Source: Verrucomicrobiales bacterium
GTDB taxonomy: Bacteria; Verrucomicrobiota; Verrucomicrobiia; Limisphaerales; CANJXF01
NCBI GenBank assembly: GCA_947478865.1
Contig: CANJXF010000013.1
Location: 1,462-65,461 of the forward strand
Reading direction: 5' to 3'
DNA length: 64,000 bases
Part shown: in pieces, positions 27,963 to 36,874 of the stretch
How positions within the stretch are numbered: the stretch's first letter is position 1
Layout: the number at the start of each line of letters is the position of its first letter
The notes under the pieces: model-generated
The model's input: the letters and a program-made list of their open reading frames with translations, nothing else
The model's database searches: none
Told to the model about the DNA's origin: nothing
Position numbers and translations under genes: made by a program

Positions 27963-28943
27963 TTACTTGGACTCCCGCCGCGCCAAAACCGCCGCGCCGA
28001 TGATCCCAGCGTCATCGCCCACTTTGCTCGCAATGATCTCAATTCCCTTGGTTGTGCCGCTCATCGCGTTGTCTTTCGCAGTCTCGACGATGATCGCCAT
28101 CATTTCATCTTCGAGCGCGTCGATGACGCCGCCGCCGAGGACAACGACCTCCGGGTTTAAAACATTGATTAAATTTGCGACCGCAATGCCGGTGTATTCA
28201 GCCGCCTCTTCGACGATTTTCTCGGTGAATTTGTCTCCTTTGCGAATGGCTTTCCGCAAATCCCCACTGCGCAAATCCTTCAAATCTTCTCCCAGCATTT
28301 CCGTCAAAACGGTTTTCTGGCCATCTTTGACGGCGGCTTGGATCTTCCGGAAAATCGCCGTCCGGCTGGCGAGAGCTTCGAAACAGCCCCGGTTTCCGCA
28401 ACCGCATTTCGGCCCGCCGACTTCGATGACCATGTGCCCGATCTCGCCGGCGGTGCGGTTGAAACCCGAATATAATTTTCCATCGATGATGATGCCGCCG
28501 CCGATTCCAGTGCCAAGGAAGATGCCGACCACGTGGCGCGGCTTGCCCTTCAATTCCGTTTCGTAAACGCCCAGAGTGCAAATATTCCCGTCATTTTCGA
28601 GGAAAACGGGCAGATCGAGTTTTTTCTCGAGTTCCTTCTTCAGCGCGACATCTTCCCACTCCAAATTAGGGGCAAAAATAACTTCGCCGACCTCGGGATT
28701 GACGGCGCCGGGCGCACCGATGCCCACCGCGCGAATCTGTTTGAGGCTCAAATCGCATTCGTCCACGACGTCCTGCACGCAGCGCGAGACTCTCTCGATG
28801 ACTGCGTCGCTCCCGCGCTCGGATTTCGTGCTGACTTTCGTCCGGCCCAAACACTTGAGCGAGGAATCGAACACGGCCGCCAGAATTTTCGTGCCGCCGA
28901 AATCGACTCCGACGAAATATTCAGATTTGCTGGGTTCTGGCAT
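27963..28943 (-). CDS. ROK family sugar kinase (glucokinase-like)
   Basis: FVGVDFGGTKILAAV, GIGAPG, and ROK zinc motif GPKCGCGNRGCFEALAS. ATG at 28943 lies 13 nt after the upstream stop, so the long N-terminal extension in the ORF track is rejected. Confidence 0.8.
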   Translation of the reverse strand: MPEPSKSEYFVGVDFGGTKILAAVFDSSLKCLGRTKVSTKSERGSDAVIERVSRCVQDVVDECDLSLKQIRAVGIGAPGAVNPEVGEVIFAPNLEWEDVALKKELEKKLDLPVFLENDGNICTLGVYETELKGKPRHVVGIFLGTGIGGGIIIDGKLYSGFNRTAGEIGHMVIEVGGPKCGCGNRGCFEALASRTAIFRKIQAAVKDGQKTVLTEMLGEDLKDLRSGDLRKAIRKGDKFTEKIVEEAAEYTGIAVANLINVLNPEVVVLGGGVIDALEDEMMAIIVETAKDNAMSGTTKGIEIIASKVGDDAGIIGAAVLARRESK

Positions 28944-28956
28944 AGCAGAAATGAGT

Positions 28957-29706
28957 TTAACGACCGGCAAGAACCGCGGAAATTTTCTTTCGCAGCTCCA
29001 GATTAATTTCACCCACGGAACGATGCGCATCCACCATCGCAAATCCGTAGGTGGATTGCAGCTGTTTGAACTGGTCACCGACCAGCGCCTGATACTGTAG
29101 AAAACTGTCAAACATGTCACGCGAAAGGCCCAGATCCATCCCGCTCTCCCAATAATCCAGCGAATGCGTTTTGGAAAAATTTCGCTGCACCAATTCTTCG
29201 GGCGAGACGTTGAGATAAAAAACAATGTCCGGCACAGGCGCGATTCCGTAGAGATTTTTCACCCAGGCCGGATCCATTCCACGAACGATGTCGCGGACCA
29301 TCAGCGTGTAAATGTAGCGGTCGGCCAGGACCATGAAGCCGGCCCGTAGCGCCGGCAAAATAATGTTCTCAAGCTGATCCGCAAAGTCGGTTGCATAAAA
29401 CAAACTGAGCGTCGTGTGGCTCAAAATATTTCCGTGCTTGGCCTTTTCGAGCTCTTCGCTAACCAGCGTGGAGCGCGACAAACCGACTTGCACCGTCGCA
29501 TGCCCGCTTCCTTCCAGCCACCCAACTAGTTTCGCGATCTGGGTCGAGCGGCCTGAACCGTCAGCCCCTTCGACCACGATCAGTTTGCCGGCGAGTTTTT
29601 TTAAATCGCAGCCAGGAATGCCGTGGCCGTAAAAGCGGCGCGGCTTGGCGCTCGGCACCACGATGCGGCGACCATTTTTTTCCAAACGCGGTTTCTTTTT
29701 TGTCAT
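28957..29706 (-). CDS. Thymidylate kinase-like protein, P-loop variant GSGRST
   Basis: IVVEGADGSGRSTQ, ADRYIYT (DRY-type). Shares YWESGMDLGLSRDMFDSF with its neighbour. N-terminal basic extension. Confidence 0.6.
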   Translation of the reverse strand: MTKKKPRLEKNGRRIVVPSAKPRRFYGHGIPGCDLKKLAGKLIVVEGADGSGRSTQIAKLVGWLEGSGHATVQVGLSRSTLVSEELEKAKHGNILSHTTLSLFYATDFADQLENIILPALRAGFMVLADRYIYTLMVRDIVRGMDPAWVKNLYGIAPVPDIVFYLNVSPEELVQRNFSKTHSLDYWESGMDLGLSRDMFDSFLQYQALVGDQFKQLQSTYGFAMVDAHRSVGEINLELRKKISAVLAGR

Positions 29707-30395
29707 GCGAGCACAGGGTTATGCGCCTGAAATTCGGCGAGGTTTAATTTGGCGCGAACCAGATCGCGCACGGTGGACTGCTGCGCTTCGACCGGCTGAT
29801 TGGCGTTGATCACCAGAAAACGGAACTCGGTGCTCATGGCCAGATATTGCTCAAGAATACGCCCCTGAAAAATGCGAAAACTTTCGTAGGGATCGGAGGA
29901 GATGTGCAGGTCCATTCCCGCCTCGAAATATTTCAATTCCGGCCGCCCATCGAGAATCCGTTGCAGCGAAACTTCCAGGTTCGCTTTGAAGAAAAAGGTC
30001 AGGTCGGGCAGCGCGGCAAAATTGTAAATGCCGCGCACCCATTCCGGCGGACAACCGCGCACGGTGTCGCGCGCAAACGCCGTAAAAATATAGCGATCAC
30101 AGAGCACGATATAGCCGGCGCGCAGCAGCGGAACCAGCTGGCGTTCGTAACGATCCGCGAAATCGGTGGCGTGAATCAGGCTGAAGGTGGTCGGCGAAAG
30201 CAGCTCGCGCTTTTTGCCCTTGCTGGTGGCGGCTTTGACCAGGGAAGACGAGTTCCATTCGCTGAAAAAAACCTTGAGCCCCTGCAATTCGAGCCAGCGT
30301 TTGAGCAGGTAAATCTGGGTTGATTTACCCGAGCCATCTAATCCCTCCACTGCGATCAACCGCCCTGGAAAATTTTGTTCCGCGAAAGTCTTCAT
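29703..30395 (-). CDS. Thymidylate kinase-like protein, canonical P-loop
   Basis: IAVEGLDGSGKSTQ, CDRYIFT, YFEAGMDLHISSDPYESF. Its stop overlaps the downstream paralog's start by 4 nt. Confidence 0.65.
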   Translation of the reverse strand: MKTFAEQNFPGRLIAVEGLDGSGKSTQIYLLKRWLELQGLKVFFSEWNSSSLVKAATSKGKKRELLSPTTFSLIHATDFADRYERQLVPLLRAGYIVLCDRYIFTAFARDTVRGCPPEWVRGIYNFAALPDLTFFFKANLEVSLQRILDGRPELKYFEAGMDLHISSDPYESFRIFQGRILEQYLAMSTEFRFLVINANQPVEAQQSTVRDLVRAKLNLAEFQAHNPVLA

Positions 30396-30481
30396 CCGGC
30401 CAAAAACTAATCAGCGCCCGCCGGAAAACAAAGCCTGAATTGGCGATCGTGTTGACCATGGCGATTATGGAAGCGTTTCGT

Positions 30482-32620
30482 TCAAGGCGCGTCTACAGTG
30501 CGGTAAAAGCGCAGCGCAAACTCCGCTGCATCTTGATCCGTGAATTCCACCTGGCCGTTGCGATTCTCGGCTTCGCCTAAGAATGTCCAGGTCGTCAGAT
30601 TTGTGGACGCCTCAATTGCATATCGGACTCCCGGCTGACCGGCGAAGGCCAGTCGGAACGCCCCTCCTGGCAACCGCTCGAAGGAAGTTAGATTGAATTG
30701 CGAAACCGCAGCCGTCGAATTGCGAATCGGCACGGCAGCAACAGCGGGTTTTGAAGGTAAAACGGGCGAGAGCCTCGACGGTGAAACCAGGAAGCTGCGA
30801 TATTGCCCTCCCTTCTTGCCACTGGCCAGAATCTGCCCGCGATCGTTGATTGCAGTCGCACTATCCAAATGCCAGCCGGAGTTGGTGCCAATGAGGTCAT
30901 TCAAATCCACCATCTCGCCACCGCGTTTCAAGAACGCAAAATTTCGGTTCTCCATTGTTGTGGCATAACCGACGATCTCTCCGGCATTATTGATACTCGT
31001 GGCTCGGCTCGTTTTCCATCCCACCACATTCAAGTCGAGCAACTCGCCCTTCTCCCAGACAATGGCATGAGCCTGATCCCAGGCGGCACCCGCAGGATTC
31101 GCCCAACCCACCACCGTTCCCTGGTCGTTGATCGCATTCACGCTTGCTCGCGGTCCACCGAGAGTTTTGAGATCAATGATTTTCCCGTTTTGCCAGAGAA
31201 AAACTCCCCAGCCATTATCACGCTGAATGGACTGTCCGGCGATCTGCCCACGGTTGTTCATCGCTTTTGCGTAACAGATGGTGCCATCGCCGCGCAAACC
31301 GAAGTAGGAAATCTGCTCCTGACTAAAAAGGAACGAACGCTGGCTGTCGCCCTTGATCATGAGCCTGCCGGTGACTTGCGACCGGTTGTTGATGTCGACA
31401 CTCGGCGCGTATGAAATATTTCCCTCAGTCCCGAGCTTCGCAAATCCGTCAATCACCCCAAGGTCTGTCACATTGCTTCCTTGCAACATGAAAACCCGGC
31501 GCTGTTCGTTGGCAAGCACCACTCCAACGATCTCTCCGCGATCATTGATACCAGAAGCGATGGCTTTCGAACCACCCAAAGTTCCCAGGTCGATTACATT
31601 TCCGTGTTCCCATAAAAATGCGTGAACCAAACCATTGGAGCCGTCCATCCATCCCACGACCTGCCCTTGATTGTTGAGACCCGTGACGTGACTTGAAATG
31701 AACCCGGGCAGTGCGCCAATGTTCGCAAGCAAATAGTTCGTGAACGGGGTTTCCTGTTGCGGTTGTTCAGAAACCGCTACCTCCGGCGATAGGCGAGTTG
31801 TTTGTGAATCCGCGCTTCCAGGGTTTTTGGATTCCGCGTTCTGCGCCAGTAGGATTATTAGCGCTGCCGAAGTCAGCACAGCAAGACCGGCGGCAGTCAC
31901 AACCTTCACTTTTTTCCACGCCATAATATTCAACACTCCTTTCACAATCGCCAAAGTTGAACCACCCGCCACCGCACCTTTCGCCGCCGCTGCCATAGCC
32001 GTCACCACCAAGCCTGTCGGTGCGGCCTGCACTGAGTTCGCCGACACTGCGCCCGCGATGAGCGTCGTCGTCAACGTCACGCCGCGTTTGCTGAAAATCT
32101 TCCGCAACTTCTCCAGCGCCCGGTTCACCCGCATTTTAGCGGCGTCTTCACTCGCGCCCAAGGCAGCGCCGACTTCGCCCAAAGTTTTTTTCTCGAAGAA
32201 CCGCAGCACAATGGCGTGGCGGTCGCGCTCACCAAGTTTGCCCAGCGCGTCGTCGAGCAGCGGGGCGATGCGCGGCCACGTCTCCTCGGATTGAGGTTCC
32301 TCCAGTTGCGATTGCATAAACGCCTCCTGTTCCCGGCGGGCGCGGCGAAACTCGGTTCGCCGATAGTTCGCCGCCGTCAATCGCGCGGTCTGATAGAGCC
32401 AGCCGGAGAGAATGGTTTTCGGGCCGAGCGATGCCGCCTTGAGCGCGAGGATGACGAACACCGCCTGCGTAATCTCCTCGGCAGCGTGCGGATTGCCCGT
32501 CTGCCGCAGTGCGATGGAATAGACGAGATTCACGTGTCGCGTCACGAGCGCGGCAAAGGCGGCTTCGGAATTTTCCCGCGCGAATTCGGCAAGCAATTGG
32601 CGATCATCCGGTCCGGTCAT
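30482..32620 (-). CDS. ECF-type sigma-70 factor fused to a TM segment and extracellular HAF-repeat domain
   Basis: Region 2 (FAALVTRHVNLVYSIALRQTGNPHAAEEITQAVF) and region 4 (RHAIVLRFFEKKTLGEVGAALGASEDAAKMRVNRALEKLR). Hydrophobic VVTAAGLAVLTSAALIILLA. Repeats of the type HAFLWEHGNVIDLGTLGG. Confidence 0.7.
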   Translation of the reverse strand: MTGPDDRQLLAEFARENSEAAFAALVTRHVNLVYSIALRQTGNPHAAEEITQAVFVILALKAASLGPKTILSGWLYQTARLTAANYRRTEFRRARREQEAFMQSQLEEPQSEETWPRIAPLLDDALGKLGERDRHAIVLRFFEKKTLGEVGAALGASEDAAKMRVNRALEKLRKIFSKRGVTLTTTLIAGAVSANSVQAAPTGLVVTAMAAAAKGAVAGGSTLAIVKGVLNIMAWKKVKVVTAAGLAVLTSAALIILLAQNAESKNPGSADSQTTRLSPEVAVSEQPQQETPFTNYLLANIGALPGFISSHVTGLNNQGQVVGWMDGSNGLVHAFLWEHGNVIDLGTLGGSKAIASGINDRGEIVGVVLANEQRRVFMLQGSNVTDLGVIDGFAKLGTEGNISYAPSVDINNRSQVTGRLMIKGDSQRSFLFSQEQISYFGLRGDGTICYAKAMNNRGQIAGQSIQRDNGWGVFLWQNGKIIDLKTLGGPRASVNAINDQGTVVGWANPAGAAWDQAHAIVWEKGELLDLNVVGWKTSRATSINNAGEIVGYATTMENRNFAFLKRGGEMVDLNDLIGTNSGWHLDSATAINDRGQILASGKKGGQYRSFLVSPSRLSPVLPSKPAVAAVPIRNSTAAVSQFNLTSFERLPGGAFRLAFAGQPGVRYAIEASTNLTTWTFLGEAENRNGQVEFTDQDAAEFALRFYRTVDAP

Positions 32621-32745
32621 TCATCAAGTAATGTCCGCCGAACGCGAAAAGGGAACAGTTTTTTGCCACACCCTTCTTGGACGAAGCGGAGGATTTTTGT
32701 AAATCGTTGCGGATGTCACTCGGGCCGACCAATCCTGAGAATGGA

Positions 32746-33015
32746 CTATGATTCACGCGCGGGCATCTCCGCCGTCGCCACGGCCTTGAGCATGGCCTTG
32801 CGCTTGTTCACGGTTTCCTGAAATTCGACTTCCGGTTTGGAGTCATTTACCCAGCCGCCAGCTCGAACACAGGCTTTGTCATCTTTGATGACCGCATTAC
32901 GAAAGTGATGCAACAATCGAGGTTGCCGTTGAATGAGAAATAACCAACAGATCCGCCGTAGGCCGCGTGTGGCTTTTTCCAGTTCGGAAATAATCTTCAG
33001 AACCGCTCGAACTTT
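32746..33015 (-). pseudogene. Degenerate duplicate of the trpE 3' end
   Basis: Translates to KIISELEKATRG ... AVIKDDKACVRAGGWVNDSKPEVEFQETVNKRKAMLKAVATAE. The intact TrpE has QIISQLEQTTRG ... ALIKDGKAYVQAGGGWVNDSEPEAEFQETINKSKAMLKAVAMAE. The middle section is frame-shifted. Confidence 0.65.
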
Positions 33016-33094
33016 CCATTGTCTTTTCCGGGCGTCGAGTTGCCCGCCGCTACTTCGGAATTTGAATTCAGTTTGAGCCTCATTACCTCGGCTC

Positions 33095-34621
33095 CTACGG
33101 CGCTGTGGCAAACGTCTCCGCCATCGCCACGGCTTTGAGCATGGCTTTGGATTTGTTGATCGTTTCCTGGAATTCCGCCTCGGGTTCGGAGTCGTTCACC
33201 CAGCCGCCGCCGGCTTGCACGTAGGCTTTGCCGTCCTTGATCAAGGCGGTGCGAATGGTGATGCAACAATCGAGGTTGCCGTTGAACGAGAAATAGCCCA
33301 CGCAGCCGCCATAAGGCCCGCGCGTGGTTTGTTCGAGCTGAGAGATTATTTGCATCGCGCGAATCTTCGGCGCGCCACTCAACGTTCCCGCAGGAAACGT
33401 GGCGCGCATCAAATCATAGGGCGATTTCTTGGCGCTGAGTTTTCCTTCGACTTGCGAGACGATGTGCATGACGTGGCTGTATCGCTCGATGATCATGAGG
33501 TCTTTGACCTGCACCGAGCCGTAATCGCAAACGCGGCCCAGATCATTTCGGGCGAGATCCACGAGCATCACGTGTTCGGCGCGCTCCTTCGGGTCGGCGA
33601 GCAGCTCCTTTTCGAGCGCGAGATCTTCCTCGGTTGTTTTTCCTCGGCGGCGCGTGCCGGCAATTGGGCGAATTTCCACCTGGCGATCCTCGCAGCGAAC
33701 GTGAATCTCCGGCGAGGCACCGACCAACGAGAATCCATCCAGCTCCAGCAGAAACATGTAGGGCGAAGGATTAATCGTGCGGGCGGCGCGGTAGATATCC
33801 AACGGCGACGCCTTCACCGGCACGGAAAATCGCTGCGAGCCGACAACCTGAATGATGTCGCCAGCCGTAATGTATTTCTTCGCTTCGAGAACGTTCGCAA
33901 AAAACTTCTCCTTCGAAACATTCGATTGGAATGGCAACTCCGCGATCTCTTTCGGCGGCGTGACCGGGATATGTTCCGTCGGTTGTTCCAGAAGTGCGAT
34001 GAGCCGTTCGATTTCGCCCAACGCATTTTCGTAGGCGTCTTCTGGAGTGGTTTTCTCATCGAGAATCGCGTTGACCAAAACGGTCAAGGTTTGCGAGACG
34101 CGATCGAAAATGAGCAGTTCGTCCGCGAGCAGGAAATACATTGTCGGCGTTTTCAGCTCGTCCTGAACTGGCCGCGGCACGACTGGTTCCACGTCGTGAA
34201 TAAATTCATAGCCGATGAAACCCACCGCGCCGCCCGTGAAGCGGGGAAGCGAAGGAATGGGAACCGCCTTGTAGCGCTTTAAGATTTCCTCGACCACGTG
34301 CAATCCATCGCTGACGCATTTGGCGCAATCGGAGTTTTTCTGCGTGACGGCAAACTTCTCCACAACTTTCCCATTTTCAATGACCTCCACGCTGTCGCCC
34401 GTTTGTTTAATCACAGCGCGAGGATTGCAGCCCAGAAATGAGTAGCGCCCGACATGTTCGCCGCCTTCGACCGATTCAAAAAGGAACGACTCGCCCTGGC
34501 CACGGATTTTGCGATAAGCGGAAAGCGGCGTTTCGAAATCGGCGAGGATGGTTCGCGTGACCGGGATTAAATTTCCCAGTCGGGCAAATTCCAGAAATTC
34601 AGATTGTGTTGGGTGATACAT
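33095..34621 (-). CDS. trpE: Anthranilate synthase component I
   Basis: Chorismate-binding C-terminal region GTLSGAPKIRAMQII and RGPYGG.VGYF; N-terminal LESVEGGE-type motif (FLFESVEGGEHVGRYSF). 508 aa. Confidence 0.9.
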   Translation of the reverse strand: MYHPTQSEFLEFARLGNLIPVTRTILADFETPLSAYRKIRGQGESFLFESVEGGEHVGRYSFLGCNPRAVIKQTGDSVEVIENGKVVEKFAVTQKNSDCAKCVSDGLHVVEEILKRYKAVPIPSLPRFTGGAVGFIGYEFIHDVEPVVPRPVQDELKTPTMYFLLADELLIFDRVSQTLTVLVNAILDEKTTPEDAYENALGEIERLIALLEQPTEHIPVTPPKEIAELPFQSNVSKEKFFANVLEAKKYITAGDIIQVVGSQRFSVPVKASPLDIYRAARTINPSPYMFLLELDGFSLVGASPEIHVRCEDRQVEIRPIAGTRRRGKTTEEDLALEKELLADPKERAEHVMLVDLARNDLGRVCDYGSVQVKDLMIIERYSHVMHIVSQVEGKLSAKKSPYDLMRATFPAGTLSGAPKIRAMQIISQLEQTTRGPYGGCVGYFSFNGNLDCCITIRTALIKDGKAYVQAGGGWVNDSEPEAEFQETINKSKAMLKAVAMAETFATAP

Positions 34622-34747
34622 ACACGAGCGGCAGTAATTTGTGGGCGACGGCGGAGTTAGTAAACTTCAAATACAACTGCGAAAGTTTTAGATGAAATCG
34701 TGCTGGTTGGACTGCGGTTGTCCCAGCCCAAATGTTAGTCTCCTCCC

Positions 34748-35527
34748 ATGAATGAACGAACAGCGCACGATCTTAACGAGCTGGAGGGTTACGTCGAACT
34801 GGGGATGCAAAGGGAGTCCCTTCGCCTTGCCCGAAAGCTGCTGAAACAACCGGGATTAACTCCGCAAATTTTTGCGGACGCTATGCACGCTATTCTGGTT
34901 CACGCCGATCAATTGACTCGTTGGCGTCCGTTGGTCGAGACGGTGCATTCGAAATTTTCCGCGAAACAAAAGCGGGCCGCTCGAAAATCCATGTTTCATT
35001 TCTACGTTTCGTTGAACGAATTTGGTATGGCGTTTCTCTACATGCCGCTCAAGCCGCGCGCGGCGGACGACCTTCTCTTCTGCATGTGGACGCTGCTGGA
35101 TCTTCGTTACATGGATGCGTGTGACGACATGGCCGAACGAATCAAAAGAATTTGGAATAAGCCGAAATCGGAATTTGAAATCAGTTGCGTGCTGGAAGCG
35201 ATCGGAAGCTACGCCGCGCAAAACGGCTGGTTTGAAGTGGCGGAAAGTGTCTGGGAGCAGGCGATCACCCACGAATTGTTTGAGGCGAACGCGTGGACGG
35301 GATTGATCAATATCGAAATCGCAAAAGCACATGCGCGCGTCGGTAGCGCCGTGAATCGCATTTCCGCGCGCAAACCGGATTACAATCCGATGCTTCCGCG
35401 AAATGAAGAAAAGCTGAAAATAGCTTCCCTAAAAGAACTTGGCCGCATACAACGAGAACTCAACCACGTGCTTCCAAAGAACGAGCTTTGGCGGTTTGGG
35501 AAATTAGAAAATCATAATTCAAAGTGA
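34748..35527 (+). CDS. Hypothetical alpha-helical repeat protein
   Basis: 259-aa ORF with no recognised motif. Its stop overlaps the GTG start of the next gene (GTGA at 35524-35527). Confidence 0.5.
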   Translation: MNERTAHDLNELEGYVELGMQRESLRLARKLLKQPGLTPQIFADAMHAILVHADQLTRWRPLVETVHSKFSAKQKRAARKSMFHFYVSLNEFGMAFLYMPLKPRAADDLLFCMWTLLDLRYMDACDDMAERIKRIWNKPKSEFEISCVLEAIGSYAAQNGWFEVAESVWEQAITHELFEANAWTGLINIEIAKAHARVGSAVNRISARKPDYNPMLPRNEEKLKIASLKELGRIQRELNHVLPKNELWRFGKLENHNSK

Positions 35528-36696
35528 ATCTGCCAAAGTCATTAAGAAACATTTACTGGTCTTCTCCGAATGGCTCTTTTGAAGTAACGGAGAGATTCAA
35601 AAGTTTACTCAAACGTTTTGTTCAACTCCCGAAAACAACGAGACCAAAAACTTTTTTCGAAATTTCTGGAAATCCTCATTACGAGATTTATTGCAGTAAT
35701 TTCCTGAAGTTCTGGTTTTCTCAAGGTGCCGATCACGGTTTTGGCGACAACATTTTGTTTTCGTTATTGTCTTTGGTGGAACCCAATTTAGAGCGCGAGT
35801 CTTTGAAAAATGCCGAGGTTTTCCGTGAAGACCTAACCAAGAATGATGGTCAATTAGATCTTGTCATTAGAAGCGAGGATTTAGTCGTTGGCATTGAAAA
35901 CAAGATTTATGCGAGCCTTCAGAACAATCTCGAAGATTATTCACAACACTTAGCAAAGTCGGGAAAACGGTGTTTAAAAATTATTCTTTGTCTAAATGAA
36001 CTCCGACTTGAAGAAAAAGAGAAGGCCAAGAAATCAGGCTTCAAAATTGTAACATACGATCAGTTTTTTAAGCATCTTTTGAATTCCATTGGTGTGAAAA
36101 TGACAACTGCCAACATGCATTATGTCGGCCTTCTGCTCGATTTTGTTGCAACGATGGAGAATCTAAAACGAGGAACTCATATGAACGTAGAATTGCTTGC
36201 TTTTTTTAAAGAATACGAAGAAGAAATCCGCCAACTTTGTTTCGATGCCGTGCCCGAATTAACCTCTGATTTAAAGGCGAAGGGAGAACCGGTCAGAGAT
36301 CTTATGAAAGAAAGAAAACTGCCAAATGGAATAAGCCAATTAAAAGGAGAAGAATGTTCGGACGCTTTAGGCAGAAAGGTTTTTTCCTATGCTGTTTGGT
36401 GCAAGGCTGACCTTGGCGGGTCTCACTCGATGGGCCTTGAAGCCACGGTTCAACTAAATGGGTGGAAAATTGTAGCGTGGGCCGATGAAGAGTCTCGTAT
36501 TCGAGTTGATGAGTTCATTAGAAAGATAGGCATTCCGTATAAAAAAGAACGCCAGGAAAATCGGGATGAGATTTGGATTTTCAAAAAGTTTCCATACGAA
36601 GCAAATCACGAAGTAGTTGCAAAGGAATTTCAAGAACTTGTCGAGAAAGTGAGCAGCCGACTTCCAAAGAAAAAAGGAAACCTAAAGCGGCGCTAG
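35524..36696 (+). CDS. PD-(D/E)XK nuclease family protein (PDDEXK_4-like)
   Basis: TFFEISGNPHYEIYCSNFLKFWFSQGADHGFGD and GQLDLVIRSEDLVVGIENKIYA (D...E-x-K core). The sequence is visibly AT-richer than its flanks. Confidence 0.65.
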   Translation: MNLPKSLRNIYWSSPNGSFEVTERFKSLLKRFVQLPKTTRPKTFFEISGNPHYEIYCSNFLKFWFSQGADHGFGDNILFSLLSLVEPNLERESLKNAEVFREDLTKNDGQLDLVIRSEDLVVGIENKIYASLQNNLEDYSQHLAKSGKRCLKIILCLNELRLEEKEKAKKSGFKIVTYDQFFKHLLNSIGVKMTTANMHYVGLLLDFVATMENLKRGTHMNVELLAFFKEYEEEIRQLCFDAVPELTSDLKAKGEPVRDLMKERKLPNGISQLKGEECSDALGRKVFSYAVWCKADLGGSHSMGLEATVQLNGWKIVAWADEESRIRVDEFIRKIGIPYKKERQENRDEIWIFKKFPYEANHEVVAKEFQELVEKVSSRLPKKKGNLKRR

Positions 36697-36813
36697 GAAC
36701 AATTCTTCGTTCTCCGAATTCGCCACACCGACAGAAGCGTGTAAAAAAGCACGGTGAACGCGTAAGCCAGAATTCCTAACCGATCGCGTAAGGGTTTTCC
36801 GCACGACTGAAGA
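36694..36813 (-). pseudogene. Decayed copy of the 3' end of the 37522-38043 membrane-protein gene
   Basis: 36714-36813 aligns with 37537-37637. The first ~65 nt differ at 2 positions, followed by a 1-nt deletion. The copy would encode ...LAYAFTVLFYTLLSVWRIRRTKNCS*. Confidence 0.6.
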
Positions 36814-36874
36814 AAAGACGAATCATACGAGCAACTCCTTCACAAGTAATTAGTCAACCGGTATTGGGAGGAAT

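Noticed and set aside
28944-29225. Long N-terminal extensions suggested by the ORF track for the ROK gene. The same issue applies to DUF1501 (11385-11510), hisI (38499-38618), larA-like (55187-55276), the FtsX permease (46870-46989), the first sulfatase (15597-15719) and the S41-like gene (61388-61504).
   Set aside because: The extensions overlap upstream genes or have odd composition. Internal ATGs sit right after the upstream stop or directly before a signal peptide or conserved N-terminus.
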